A stretch of DNA of 60,891 bases, the filler included, from Basidiobolus ranarum (lineage: Eukaryota), in assembly GCA_040143965.1 (NCBI GenBank). It is 2 parts of 2 records of this genome, joined end to end, with 100 filler letters (N's around TTAATTAATTAA, not from the genome) between each part and the next. Parts side by side here need not be neighbours in the genome. Positions count along the whole stretch, not along the records: positions 30,544 to 60,891 come from JASJQH010006976.1; 1 more part is not named here. The stretch is one strand, 5' to 3'. Of this stretch, positions 40,632 through 52,007 are shown one piece after another. The notes under the pieces are model-generated. The model worked only from the letters and a program-made list of their open reading frames with translations, ran no database searches and had not been told where the DNA came from. Made by a program: the position numbers and the translations under genes. Each line of letters begins with the position of its first letter. Position 1 is the stretch's first letter.

Positions 40632-40935
40632 TTACTCTAGTATATTGATGGAATGGTATTTTACCTTGATGGTTGGGTAAGAATCATTTTGCTTATGATA
40701 CATTTCAGGATTTTTTTTTGAGATCATGGGTCTAACAAATTCTAGTGTCCAGTAGTTACCACGGAGATCGTATGCCACTCCAATCTGTGTGAAAACTGGA
40801 TTCAAGATATTGTTACGATGTTCAGGTGAGTTCATCCAAGCACTCATTACTGAAGATTCATCACCAAATCCTGTAGCTACATTCTCACCAACATTATTCC
40901 ATGCGTATCCAATTTCACTAATCCTTTGTTCTTAT
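40632..40935 (-). pseudogene. CAP/SCP (PR-1/YkwD-like) domain gene fragment
   Basis: EQRISEIGYAWNNVGENVATGFGDESSVMSAWMNSPEHRNNILNPVFTQIGVAY...YWTLEF is the C-terminal half of a CAP domain. The upstream frame is closed by stops and I could not find an intact N-terminal half. Confidence 0.75.
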
Positions 40936-41528
40936 TTATTAGAAGTGGTTTATCTAGTCAGAGTTGACTATATTGTTGAGTTTTCCATATTAATCATCTT
41001 GGCCAACATAGCTAACCAATACAACGGTAGTCAATTGGTTTGTACTTTTATTTTACTACTTCTCAGTCTATAGATTATTATCATCAAGTATCGTTCATTA
41101 CTAGAGGCTACAAATTGCTTTAAACGAATGTAATCCAATTATAACCATCTTGGGGTAAATCGACATACATGGTAATATTCATTTCATTCGCGATCACTTC
41201 ATCCAAAAATGGTGAAAGGTATCATATACTTCTTGAATTACTAAACTCGGATAATTCCCACATGTATGTATGTAACCCGCGTCCACCTGGGGAAATTAAT
41301 AAGTCACGCATTAAGTTGATTGCAGTCTCAAATATGCCGCATTGATTCCGTTAATATATTGCTGAAAATGATTTGACTTGGAAACTGCAGGAGTTTAGGG
41401 GAATCAAGCATTAAGAGTGCCAAGTGTTGTGGGAGGAAAAACGACTACTTCTCACCCAAGTATAAAATGTGTTCAACTTTTTACCAGATACTCATTCAAT
41501 TATTCTATTTCATTGCTTAGCAACTATC

Positions 41529-42503
41529 ATGAAAGTTACACTTGTCGCCTCTTTATTCTACCTTGCTACTGTAACTGCTCTACCTACTTATAATGCTGGT
41601 AGTTCTGGAGGAGGTCACGATGTTGACGACTACAATAATGGTCACTCTGGTAGCAATGTGGACTACCAACACTCGGACGCTGGCGGTGGTGATGCTAAGA
41701 ATTACGGTGTAGATGATTATGATAACCATGACGGTAATGGTGGTGGAGGTGAACACGATGATAGCTATGGCTCTGGTGACCATGGTGCTGATAATGACTA
41801 TGCAGGTGATGATCATGGTGGCGATGACAGCTATGGATCTAGTGGACATGGCGGTGGTAGTGATGATGATTATGAAGGTGGTGGCCATGATGGCGGTGAT
41901 GATCATGAAGGTGAAGGCCATGGGGGCGAAGACAATTATGGATCTAGTGGAAATGGCGGTGGTAGTGGTGATGATTATGAAGTAGGGGAGCATGGTGGTG
42001 ATGCCGATGATTATGACAATGGGGGTAGTGGTGGTAATGGTGGTGAGGCCAGTGAAAGCTATGGCTCGGGTGATCACAAGGAAAGTGGGGGAGATGATGA
42101 ATACAGTCACGGTGAAGATGAAGATGACTATGATAGTGGAAATGGCGGTAGTGGTGATGGGTACAAATCTGGTGATCACGGAGGAAACGGTAGTGGTGAC
42201 AATTACGACTCTGGTTCAGGCTCTGGTGGACATGACGAGGATGATAAAGGCTATCACGCAGGTGGAGTGGGTACTGGGCAAAGTTACGATACCGATGGAC
42301 ATGGAGGAAGTGGTGGCAGTGGTGGTGATGATAGCTATACTAGTGGCAACGGTGGTGGTGGAAGCGATAACAATCACAGTGGTGATGACTACGAAGGCGA
42401 TCACAGCGGGACTGATGAAAGTTACGATGGTGGTGAAAACCATTACAGAAAGAGATTCAACAAAAGAAGAATTAATAGTGTGCGTCCGGGATTGACCCTC
42501 TAA
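41529..42503 (+). CDS. Secreted low-complexity Gly/Asp/His/Tyr-rich repeat protein
   Basis: TATAAAA at 41461; signal peptide MKVTLVASLFYLATVTA-LP; imperfect HGGDDSYGS / GGGSDDDYE repeats; basic tail YRKRFNKRR. Confidence 0.8.
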   Translation: MKVTLVASLFYLATVTALPTYNAGSSGGGHDVDDYNNGHSGSNVDYQHSDAGGGDAKNYGVDDYDNHDGNGGGGEHDDSYGSGDHGADNDYAGDDHGGDDSYGSSGHGGGSDDDYEGGGHDGGDDHEGEGHGGEDNYGSSGNGGGSGDDYEVGEHGGDADDYDNGGSGGNGGEASESYGSGDHKESGGDDEYSHGEDEDDYDSGNGGSGDGYKSGDHGGNGSGDNYDSGSGSGGHDEDDKGYHAGGVGTGQSYDTDGHGGSGGSGGDDSYTSGNGGGGSDNNHSGDDYEGDHSGTDESYDGGENHYRKRFNKRRINSVRPGLTL

Positions 42504-43170
42504 ACACTGGGAGAGAATATGTCTGATATAGTATTTATTTAATCACATATATCAATAAATTATACTTGAATTACTTGCCACAACTTTACTGCTGAAGTTA
42601 CAATATAAATCTGGAATTATACAACAAGAATATTAGTCGATACTCTACGTAACAGATGGAGACCAAATCAAATGCATTTCCATATTTTCACATAGAAGTT
42701 AATCAATGGGCAACAATGAAATATGATATGCTGCTGTCTGAACTCCATGTTTGGAACTCAAAAATGTGTCATAGAAACGTCCAGTTAGACCAACTCTAGG
42801 ATTTTTGCCATAACCTAAAGTTGTCATTATAGGTACCTGATGGCTAAGCCGGATATCAATATTTCAATCTCAAACAACCACCACAGGCCAAAGGATCAAG
42901 AGAAGCTATTTTGGTTTCATTAAAAAACAATTTCATTTTGTATGGCAGTGAACAAGACTATAATAGCAATCAATAAGATTCTATTTAAAATGTAATTTAT
43001 TATTATCATTAGAAATATCTTATTCAATGTTGGCTTTTCTGACATATCCCAGTTTGTTAATCATTGTTATCAGAACTTTGTTAGCAATCAAATTTAGTAA
43101 ATAGGATAGTATTCACCCCTAATAGTGTACTGTGAAGAAGTTTACCACAGTATCCAGTAAATGACAGTTT

Positions 43171-44754
43171 CTACCTAGCAGGTCCAAACCACCTATTCAA
43201 TACTACTTGCAACTGCTTATGTTCAGCGAGTGAAGGCTCTTCAGCAGCCCATGCGATGTATCCATCTGGACGGATCAGTAATGCAGCTGGATAATTATTT
43301 TGCTGTTTTCGAGCACTCACCAATTGAATCCTATCAGTCCATCCTACGATTGTTTCCAATAGAGTATCTTTTCCTGTCAAATTGAGCAATATCCCCCGGC
43401 CAGATCTCATTACTTCGCCGAGACGCATCCCATCAGATAAAAGAAGATCTTCACAAAAATGACCTACTAACTGGTGATCTCCTTCGTCGTGTCCGTAGTC
43501 AATGTGTGAGCTACTGACCATATCGGCGAAGTACCGCTTAGCGTCAGCTAGGCCTAATACTTCCGACAGAACCTCTCGCAAGGCCATAGACTGTGGGTCT
43601 GGGCGAAATAATGCAGTCTGGGCTCGACTGTTTCGCATTACTAGTTCAGCCGGAGCGTAACGCTCCATGGTGTAAGTATCTAGCAATGTCTCAGGAGCAA
43701 GATTACGAATTACCAGGCCCAACTTCCAGCCAAGATTTGCCGCGTCTTGTAGGCCTAGGTTGAGTCCCTGTCCTCCAAATGGCGGATGAACATGTGCAGA
43801 GTCACCAGCAAGCAGGACGCGACCAGAGCGATAGGTTTCTGCTTGGCGAGCGTGGTCGGTAAAGCGAATGGCATTATTCATGCTTGTGACTGTGACTTTT
43901 TTACCACTTACCCGGCGCAGGCAGTTCTGAAACTCCTCAAGGGTCACCTCTGAATGGCGGTCCGGACTATCTAGTCCAAACTCGAAGACACGGATGGTCC
44001 CTGGAAATGGCGTGACTAGAAGCATACCCCGTTCCGTAACGGTTATTCCACGAGGTAATAATTCAGGCTCAGCTACATCAACCAGTGCGCTTCGTGCTAC
44101 CATCGTTGGATCTGTACCGATAAATGCAATACCAGCGGATTTACGTACCACGCTGCGTCCCCCATCGCAACCTATGACCCAGTCTGCTGTGAGTGTCTGT
44201 CCATCACTGAGCTCCACCGTCACAGTTTCCTGCCCAGAATTGATGCGTATCGCCTCAGTAGCGTGACGAACTTCAACTCCAAGGTTTTTTGCGTGTGAGG
44301 ATAAAAGTTCTCTTACAGCTTGTTGTTGCACCAATAGAGGCCCCTTCAAAGATTCTAGTTCGTCCTTTTCTACAACAATCGGTATTCCAGCGAAATGTCC
44401 CTGAATTCGATGTCGATCGTGTCCTAAGGTAGATAGTAAGGACTTGAATTGCTCACTCATGAGATTATTTGTCCCGTCAGTAAGTATACTCAACATCCCA
44501 TTAGCAGGTGATTGGGCCATGGTAGCTCCTTTGACCAGGGTTTCCTCGGTAATGCCACGGAAATCTAAGGTGCGCAAAGTTCGTTCATTCAACCCACGGT
44601 TCTCTTGAGCAGTATACTCGCGTGGTTTGTCTTTATATCTTACACCTACTTCAGTACTCTCGAGTACAAGTGGATTCACTCCAGCGAGCTTCAATTCAGC
44701 GGCTAGGAAGAATCCAACTGGTCCGCCTCCGACAATAACGACTTCGTATTTCAT
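43171..44754 (-). CDS. Group A FAD-dependent aromatic monooxygenase, bacterial type (Rox/RdmE/PheA-like), intronless
   Basis: GGGPVG dinucleotide fold, IGCDGGRSVVRK (DG motif), YRSGRVLLAGDSAHVHPPFGGQGLNLGLQDAANLGWKL (GD motif), C-terminal LIRPDGYIAW...RWFG. Confidence 0.93.
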   Translation of the reverse strand: MKYEVVIVGGGPVGFFLAAELKLAGVNPLVLESTEVGVRYKDKPREYTAQENRGLNERTLRTLDFRGITEETLVKGATMAQSPANGMLSILTDGTNNLMSEQFKSLLSTLGHDRHRIQGHFAGIPIVVEKDELESLKGPLLVQQQAVRELLSSHAKNLGVEVRHATEAIRINSGQETVTVELSDGQTLTADWVIGCDGGRSVVRKSAGIAFIGTDPTMVARSALVDVAEPELLPRGITVTERGMLLVTPFPGTIRVFEFGLDSPDRHSEVTLEEFQNCLRRVSGKKVTVTSMNNAIRFTDHARQAETYRSGRVLLAGDSAHVHPPFGGQGLNLGLQDAANLGWKLGLVIRNLAPETLLDTYTMERYAPAELVMRNSRAQTALFRPDPQSMALREVLSEVLGLADAKRYFADMVSSSHIDYGHDEGDHQLVGHFCEDLLLSDGMRLGEVMRSGRGILLNLTGKDTLLETIVGWTDRIQLVSARKQQNNYPAALLIRPDGYIAWAAEEPSLAEHKQLQVVLNRWFGPAR

Positions 44755-44822
44755 GACTGATCAAATTAGTATTGGCTTGATAAAACGGGCTTTCTTATGA
44801 AATATCATGTATTGACATTCTC

Positions 44823-44830
44823 TATTTATA
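44823..44830 (-). promoter_or_regulatory. TATA box of the monooxygenase gene
   Basis: Minus-strand TATAAATA about 70 nt upstream of ATG 44754. Confidence 0.45.
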
Positions 44831-45057
44831 CCTACTTGACTTTATGGCTACTTTTCGTCCACCAAATTACAGCCTACTCTTGGCTCATTTCAGTTAATAG
44901 ATTGCGGACGGTTTAAGGATCTAGTATTCGATAACAGTAATTTTTGATGCATCAATTACTGAAATTGAATTTATTGATCTTATCATTGCCTAAATATTCG
45001 GCTTTTCGATAATAAATTTTTGAGAAATTATTGTGAATAGACATCAGAGAGGATTGT

Positions 45058-45433
45058 TCGGAACCAGCGAATTCACGGATAAATGGAGCGACTAATAATC
45101 AACATTTTCAAAAAAGTGTGTAATCGCTAAGATAAGACTCGATATAGCACTTCAAACTACAATATCGAAATGGTATTCGTAGTGATACAGCTATGAAGGC
45201 TTACTCTAATGCTATTAAGATATCTACCAATTCAATCTATGGAGTTTATGGCGCTAAAGGTAATCTACATTTATTAGCTGAGACTATTTCTAGAGTAGGT
45301 CGAGAGAGTTTAGATAAAGCAGTGATCGGAGCCAGAGAATTCACGGATAAATGGAGAGACTAATAATCAGTATTCTCATAAAAGTGTGTAATCGCAAAGA
45401 TAAGACTCGATATAGCACTTCTGACTACAATAT
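45058..45433. repeat. Two 108-bp diverged direct repeats
   Basis: 45058-45165 and 45326-45433 share TCGGA.CCAG.GAATTCACGGATAAATGGAG.GACTAATAATCA...GATAAGACTCGATATAGCACTTC..ACTACAATAT. Confidence 0.9.
45148..45363 (+). pseudogene. Family-B DNA polymerase fragment (motif B / region III)
   Basis: Stop-bounded frame reads ...AMKAYSNAIKISTNSIYGVYGAKGNLHLLAETISRVGRESLDKAV..., i.e. K-x3-NS-x-YG-x2-G...A-x2-I-x3-GR. Confidence 0.75.
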
Positions 45434-47248
45434 TTTTTTATGCAATAGAAATTTAGACCATCATTGAATGTGCCTGAAAGCAATGTGATCTCATTTGAAT
45501 TGTTTGTCGTAACTCCTTGAACTGCAACTTGCTTATCAATATTGATATTTATGCCGACAAATAATGTCAATATTTTCACGAGTATGTGTTCATATATGTA
45601 CTTATCCAAACCTCATCATCAATATTTAACTTTCTTGGTGACGAGCAAACATATGAACTTGCCCTAAAGATCCACCAATGTACCGATGAATAAGAAACAC
45701 TTTCTTAGGGAACTTCACATAAGCATCTCCTTTGTCACGTCAACAGGAATGTTAGCGGAGAATAGGTGAACCTCTGCTTCGTTGAAGGAAGAAACCTTAG
45801 CCCTTCGGTACTACAGTATTACCAGAGCCAACTCTATTTTACATTTCTAGTCCAACGCTGCTACTCTGGCATTATGTGGACTACAATCTGTGTATACGAT
45901 CTCTTATACCCCACCAAAGCTACCCACGTCACTTATATCAATAGAAGTCCTAGATTATTCGCACCTAGCTTAGAATTCATCTTTTGGCCACGCTCAATGC
46001 AATTATCATTTTTACCTTTGCCCCATTCTGCAAATGGATATTGAAATCCGTTGGCTTGAAGTACTTCTTATGGAACCATAGTTATGGCCTACAGAATCGA
46101 TATTAACAGGGTCAGAGTACAGATCATAAGTGGCTACTTTGTTATTGAATGGGCTCTGATTGGTTGGGTTATAACACTTGAGTTTAAAGACATATTGATA
46201 ATCTTCCAAAGGCGAATCCGAGGTGTAAGCATATTTGTTAGTATTAGAGAAAGTTAATTCACCCATTGGTCTTCAGTCGGAGTACCCTCACTGTAGTCGC
46301 CTCCATAAAACCCTGCTTCCTCTATCTGTAGAGCAACCAGAGCTAGTAAAGCATGGTGACTGTGGTTGGAGACACAAGAGTAAAATTCACCAGTGATACT
46401 AAGACATCAGGTGTAATGCTTCATAGAGCATCTTTTTATGCTAGAGGAAGTTCTGTTTATGAAACGTTTCAACCTGAACTTTTATGTCAACTCCACAGTG
46501 AAAATGAATTTCACAATGGATTGGCATTTATCTGTAAGCTTTAATTTCTTCTAATTCATAGTCACACAATAGATATAGCATATACATATGAAAGAGTAGA
46601 GTGATTTGATATATGTATTAAGTTGAATGCCTACTTAAGCCAAAACCAAAGTAAGGTTCTCCTCAAGTAACAATCTTGTGAAGATTTAACTACCTTAATG
46701 ATGAATTCGTCACACATGCTCACGTGCATTAAATAAGGAAATGTTTGTTTATGATGTATTTTAATTGATTGAATGCCTGGTATATCTTTATTGTTCCTTA
46801 ATCTACTCCACACCCACTGATTCGTAAGTTAGATACAAGAAAGCTGGATTCGAATGTTTCACTTGTCTCGCAACAATCCAATCATCATTGAAGCTATAAA
46901 TAGTGAAAATAGAACTCGCTTTCAAACTGGGTTAGATAGTTATGACTCTGAAATGCAGTTCAAACTGAGTTAGTTTTTTTTCAACTGTGATCATAATATA
47001 AGAAGTGGTGCATAGCACATCCCAAATAATTGCATAGCCTTTATGGAGATCAAAGTGAGATCTTATTAGCTCATTTCAGGGCCTAATAGGTTTTGGCGCA
47101 ATTGGCACTCATTGAGTGCATTCGAAATCTTCAACAATCATCTATAGCACATACCTCATCTACCCTTGCATTCAGTATATAATCCCTGACTTGTACTTTC
47201 ACTGCTATCATCAATTTCTAAATAGTCTCGTCGGTAGCATTTTCTAAG

Positions 47249-49085
47249 ATGCATCCGTCTAAATCCACTCAGCCTTCCCCATACAAAAATTGTTCCCGAA
47301 TCTTGGCCTTTAGCTTAACCTACGGCCTACTTCTATCGACTTTTGCCACCCCAGCTTCTGCTGATGTTTCCTCAGATCTTTTAAAGTGTTTGAAGAAAGC
47401 CAATGTCGAGACAGTTGCTCCCACTGATACTTCCTTTACCAACGCTCGGTATGGCTTTGATCTCAGATATACATACAAACCTAGAGCTGTTGTCTACCCT
47501 GCGTCGTCTGCGGAAGTATCCAAGGCAATCAAATGTGCCGTTGACAACAAAGTAGCTATTGCTCCACGTAGTGGAGGTCACTCTTATGAAGGATACTCCA
47601 TTGGTGGTACTGATTTAAGTTTGGTTATCGACTTGAAAAAATTTACTACCGTTAAAGTTTCGAAGAACCTCGCCACTGTTGGTGGTGGTGTGAAGCTCTC
47701 ACAATTATACTATCGTCTTTGGAACGCAGGTGGTTATGCAGTTCCTGGTGGAACCTGCCCCTCTGTTGGTATTGGCGGTCACACTCTGGGTGGTGGGTAA
47801 GTGAATATATTTAACTCTACTTTGATAGCTCTCAGCTGCAAACATTTGACTCACGAATCACTTCCTTCTCTTTCTTGTAATTTCCTTAGGTTTGGCCTGT
47901 TCAGTCGTAAATACGGCTTGATGGCTGATAACCTTGCCTCTGTGAAGGTTGTTCTAGCAAATGGAACCGTAATCGATGCTAGTGAATCCAAAAATAGTGA
48001 TCTCTTTTGGGCCCTTCGTGGTGCTGGTGGTGAGTATCTTCATATTATGGACATTTTTTTATTACAAATTTCTTACGAGCATCAATTTCCATATAGGTGG
48101 ATCCTATGGTATAGTTACCGAGTTTGTCTTCAAAGTTTTCAAGGCCCCAACAAAGGTCACAACATTCTCCTATGACTTTAACTCGAAAGACTATCTGAAG
48201 GCAGTGAAAGCATATAATACATGGGGTGTTAGCGCTAGTCGTGATGTTGGTGTTGAAATGTACTGGGACAAGAATGGCATCTCATTTTATGGAACTTTCC
48301 TCGGAACTAAGGACAAGTTGAACGCCGCTGTAGCGGTAAGTACAATTACTTTTCTCTTCTCTTTACTACACGATAACTGAAGAAAATTTCTGCATCGTTA
48401 GGGTTTTCTTAAAAATGCCCCTAAGTACACTTCTTCAGTTAAAGAATCTAGCTTTTTGGAATCAATTCTTCGTTGGTCATACTTGGATACCAAGAATATC
48501 AAGGACCTTGACACTCTCCCCGAGAAAAAGATTCAAGATTCTCGATACACCAAGGTAACTAGAATTCGGCGATTTTTACATGATACGAAGTGTTAAATAA
48601 TTTTTTTCTAGGGCAAATCACTGATGTACAAGAATATTTTATCTGACGAGGATATTAATATCATCAACAAATACGTGTCCAAACCCCCCACCGGAGCCAC
48701 CGCCAGCTATGTCATTATTGATTTGTGGGCAGCTAGTAAAATTAACGAACAACCTCAAAGCGCAACTTCTTTCATTCATCGCTCCACCACCTTCGCAATT
48801 GAATATCTTGCTGAATGGGGAGACAACAGTATCGTTTACAACAAGCCTGACTGCAAGCCATGCCTTAAATGGATCAATGACTTCTACAACGAAGCTAGCG
48901 TTGCTTTCTTGAAGCGTCAAACCCCAATTGAGGCTTACCAGAACTATATTGATCGTGATCTCAAAAATTCAATGACCGCATATTATGGCAGTGCCAGTAA
49001 CATTAAGAAACTCAAAGTAGTTAAGAGCGCCTATGATCCTGGGAACAATTTCCGTTTCCCTCAAAGCATTCCATTGGTTGGTTAG
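47249..49085 (+). CDS. Secreted FAD-linked oxidoreductase, berberine-bridge-enzyme-like (AA7-type), multi-exon
   Basis: Signal-like N-terminus; RSGGHSYEG (covalent-FAD His), GTCPSVGIGGHTLGGG (second covalent Cys), DLFWALRGAGGGSYGIVT; C-terminal BBE domain YQNYID...YYG...VKSAYDPGNNFRFPQSIP. Confidence 0.93.
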
Positions 49086-52007
49086 ATGGAATTCCCCGCA
49101 TTATCTTATTCTCAGCTCCATACCTCATGATCTTGAATTTTCATCGAGATAATTTTGTTAGTTAATGGAATAAATTAAATTTGCATATTTTATGAAACAA
49201 AGACCAATTTTTCTCGATATGTATCTAGGAACCAGCGATGGTATTTCTAATTATATCTGGCACATCTTAATCTGTGTATCAGCCTAACCCCAGCATAGAA
49301 AATGATGACAAAGAACGGTTGAGAGCAATGTAGTAACAGTCACCTCAGAACGTTGTTAAGAAGTGTAAATATACCACTGATATTACTTTTACTTACTCAG
49401 ATTGACTGATTAGAATTCATTATTCTCTACATTTTCCTACTGCCAAATCCGGGCCTCGCCGGAATAATTTTTGTATTTGATCTTCCTATTCGCGGAGTCA
49501 GAACTTACAAGTATATAAGGCTTGCAGTGGAGTTTCAGTTACGCCTGAGTTGTCTTACTATGAGAGAACGTGTTATGAGTGAGAGTAATAACATGACCTA
49601 TTTATGAAATACAAAAAGGGTTTAACCACTAAGAAAAGCGAACACATGTAAAACTCAAGCTATCCAGGTACGTAAAAAAAATTACAATGATGGCTTTCAA
49701 GTTGGATGTATTCCATCTCGCTAAGAGTTACTGAACCTGATTTTTCTGTGTTTTCTAATCGTGGTCAAGGCTGAGCTTGTGCTAATTTTTTTTATTCTAA
49801 ATAGCATGACATTTTACTCAATAATATTGAAATAATATGGATTCTTTTAGTAGTAGTACTATATTGTAGTCATGGTAAGACCTGAGAAACTACTGTACAA
49901 TACCAACTGATTGCAGTTTGGAAGAAAACTTCCTGTTTACACTCACATCCAATGGAAGCCCCATTCTCAAGACTGACAAGACTTAATTCTTTTCAATGAA
50001 AATGATATCTGATTATATTTGCCTATTTATTATTTCCTTCACCGAACTATTTTTAGTGTACGTTTTTGAACGTGAATAGCAGATTCTTGGGATAAGTGAA
50101 CACTAAAGTCTTTGCGATCCTATCTCAGTTTCTTATTATTAATACATATCAGTACTTTCTTGCATTTCATCCATAGAATCTGCAATATACTTTCAATATG
50201 CCCCATGAGCAAGTGACTGGTAAGCACAATGATACCTATTACATACTTTATGTGGGAAAAAAATGCCTTGATCAGAGACAGAAGTAGTAGGGTATATGTA
50301 CTGATACTCTGGTACTTACAAATATATACATGAGAAAGAGCTCCATCCAACAGAACATCTCTCACAGCTGGACAGATTGTATCTGTTGAAGTATTTTGGG
50401 AGCCTTTTAGAAGTGGTTTGGAGAAATAGAGAAATTGGTAGTTTTCACTTGTTGATTTATCGAGTATTCAGTTGACATTTATAATTTTGTCAAGATGTAA
50501 GCAAACTAACAAGTGGAATGTGTTAAGGAAGATCCCAGGAACATGTGTGCAAAGTTTGGAGCTTCTGGCACAAGTTTGAAAAATCTATATGTCTGAGAAC
50601 TTTGCAGTAAATTTCTCTTGAGAATAATGGGTAATATCTTAGGTCAATACAAGATAACTAAATACTAAGCTATATAAGACTATATAGGTGTTTAGGCAAT
50701 GCTAATTTCAACAGTTGCTAGTGTGGAATACCAATGTATACTGCATCACAAGAAGTAGTCAAATGACTTCCATAACAATAGATACTGCTATTTGAGCTAT
50801 GATTAGGCTATGTAACAAATATCAAGTTGAATCATGTAGTGAATGCAGATTTACTATGATTTGAAAAATACAAGTAAAAAAAGAGAATCGGGTATGAGTG
50901 CTAGTGAATATAGAACAGCAAGAAATACATCCTCAAAATATTGATTACTATACTCCGGAATGGAATGGTAATGGCCAAATATTTCTGGTAGATTGCCAAC
51001 TATTTCAAACAAGTATTGTATTGAAACGGTTGCGTGTCAAAGTATAGGAACCGATGTAAGTGTTTGGGATAAGTGGCGAGAAAGCTAGAATACTCGCTAA
51101 TTGAATGATTTCAATTTCAGATGATATCCAATCATGGTAAATATAAAGATACTGAATATACACCACTCATGAGTGAATAGATTTAAGCTGCCAAGAACAA
51201 GAATTAGATATTTGTGAATAGGATCCATAGTTAAATTAGTAGAGTCAATGTTCCAACTCAAGTCAATCGATAGGAAATATTAAGATCTTTGTCATATAAT
51301 ATGCAGGTGTAAACAAGCACAATATTGGAAATGATAATCACCTTTTCACCTATACTGCATAAAATAGTATCTAGATTGATGAATGTTTATGCAGCAACTA
51401 ATCCGGTTAATATTCTTAACAACCAATTTTTTTCCAGATTTAGTATTAGTACACTCAAATGTCAAGCTTCCTGTATCACCCCGCATTTCGTGGTATAGCA
51501 TCCACAAGTAGTGGTCTGAGAGCATAATCTCTGCCAGCCGGTTAAATTTACTCCACAGGCTGAAATATAGTAGGGTCAATCGTTTAATAGTCTAGGATTT
51601 GCACCTAGTAGAGCAACCTACATATAATAAATTCTAAATATTTAGAAGCCCAAAAGAAGGAAACACTATGTTAAGAAGTTCAAATTCGATTCAACGTGGT
51701 AATTTTGAGGAGTGGCAGGATTTTCAAACCAGTTCAAACTAGCCTCAATCGTTTACCCCACGCTTTTAAACCCTCTTGGTATACAAATGGCATTAGATTA
51801 TCTATCATCGACCTTATGAACTAATCAGATGGTTCGAGGACTTTCAATTTGTAATACTACTATAAAGTTTTAGACCGTCCCTGAGGAGGGTTAGTGGTAG
51901 AGAAAACTAACCGCCAAGGGAGGGTTAATGTGTATTTTGGATACTTTATTCTGAAAAGATTCTAAGGATAAATAGTTTATGTACCTAACCAATAAACGAT
52001 ACTAGGA

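Noticed and set aside
41580-42495. Long overlapping alternative-frame and antisense ORFs (Met/Val/Ile/Thr-rich)
   Set aside because: Shadows of the GGT/GAT-rich repeat gene; only the frame with a signal peptide is credible.
41529-42503. Possible Kex2-processed repeat peptide (RiPP/KEP) precursor
   Set aside because: Dibasic sites occur only at the C-terminus, not between repeats, and no DUF3328-type gene is nearby.
33742-49085. Secondary-metabolite biosynthetic gene cluster
   Set aside because: No backbone synthase (PKS, NRPS, terpene cyclase, DMATS) in the window.
49900-51600. Short ORFs that might be transposon remnants
   Set aside because: No transposase, RT or integrase motifs and no terminal repeats recognised.
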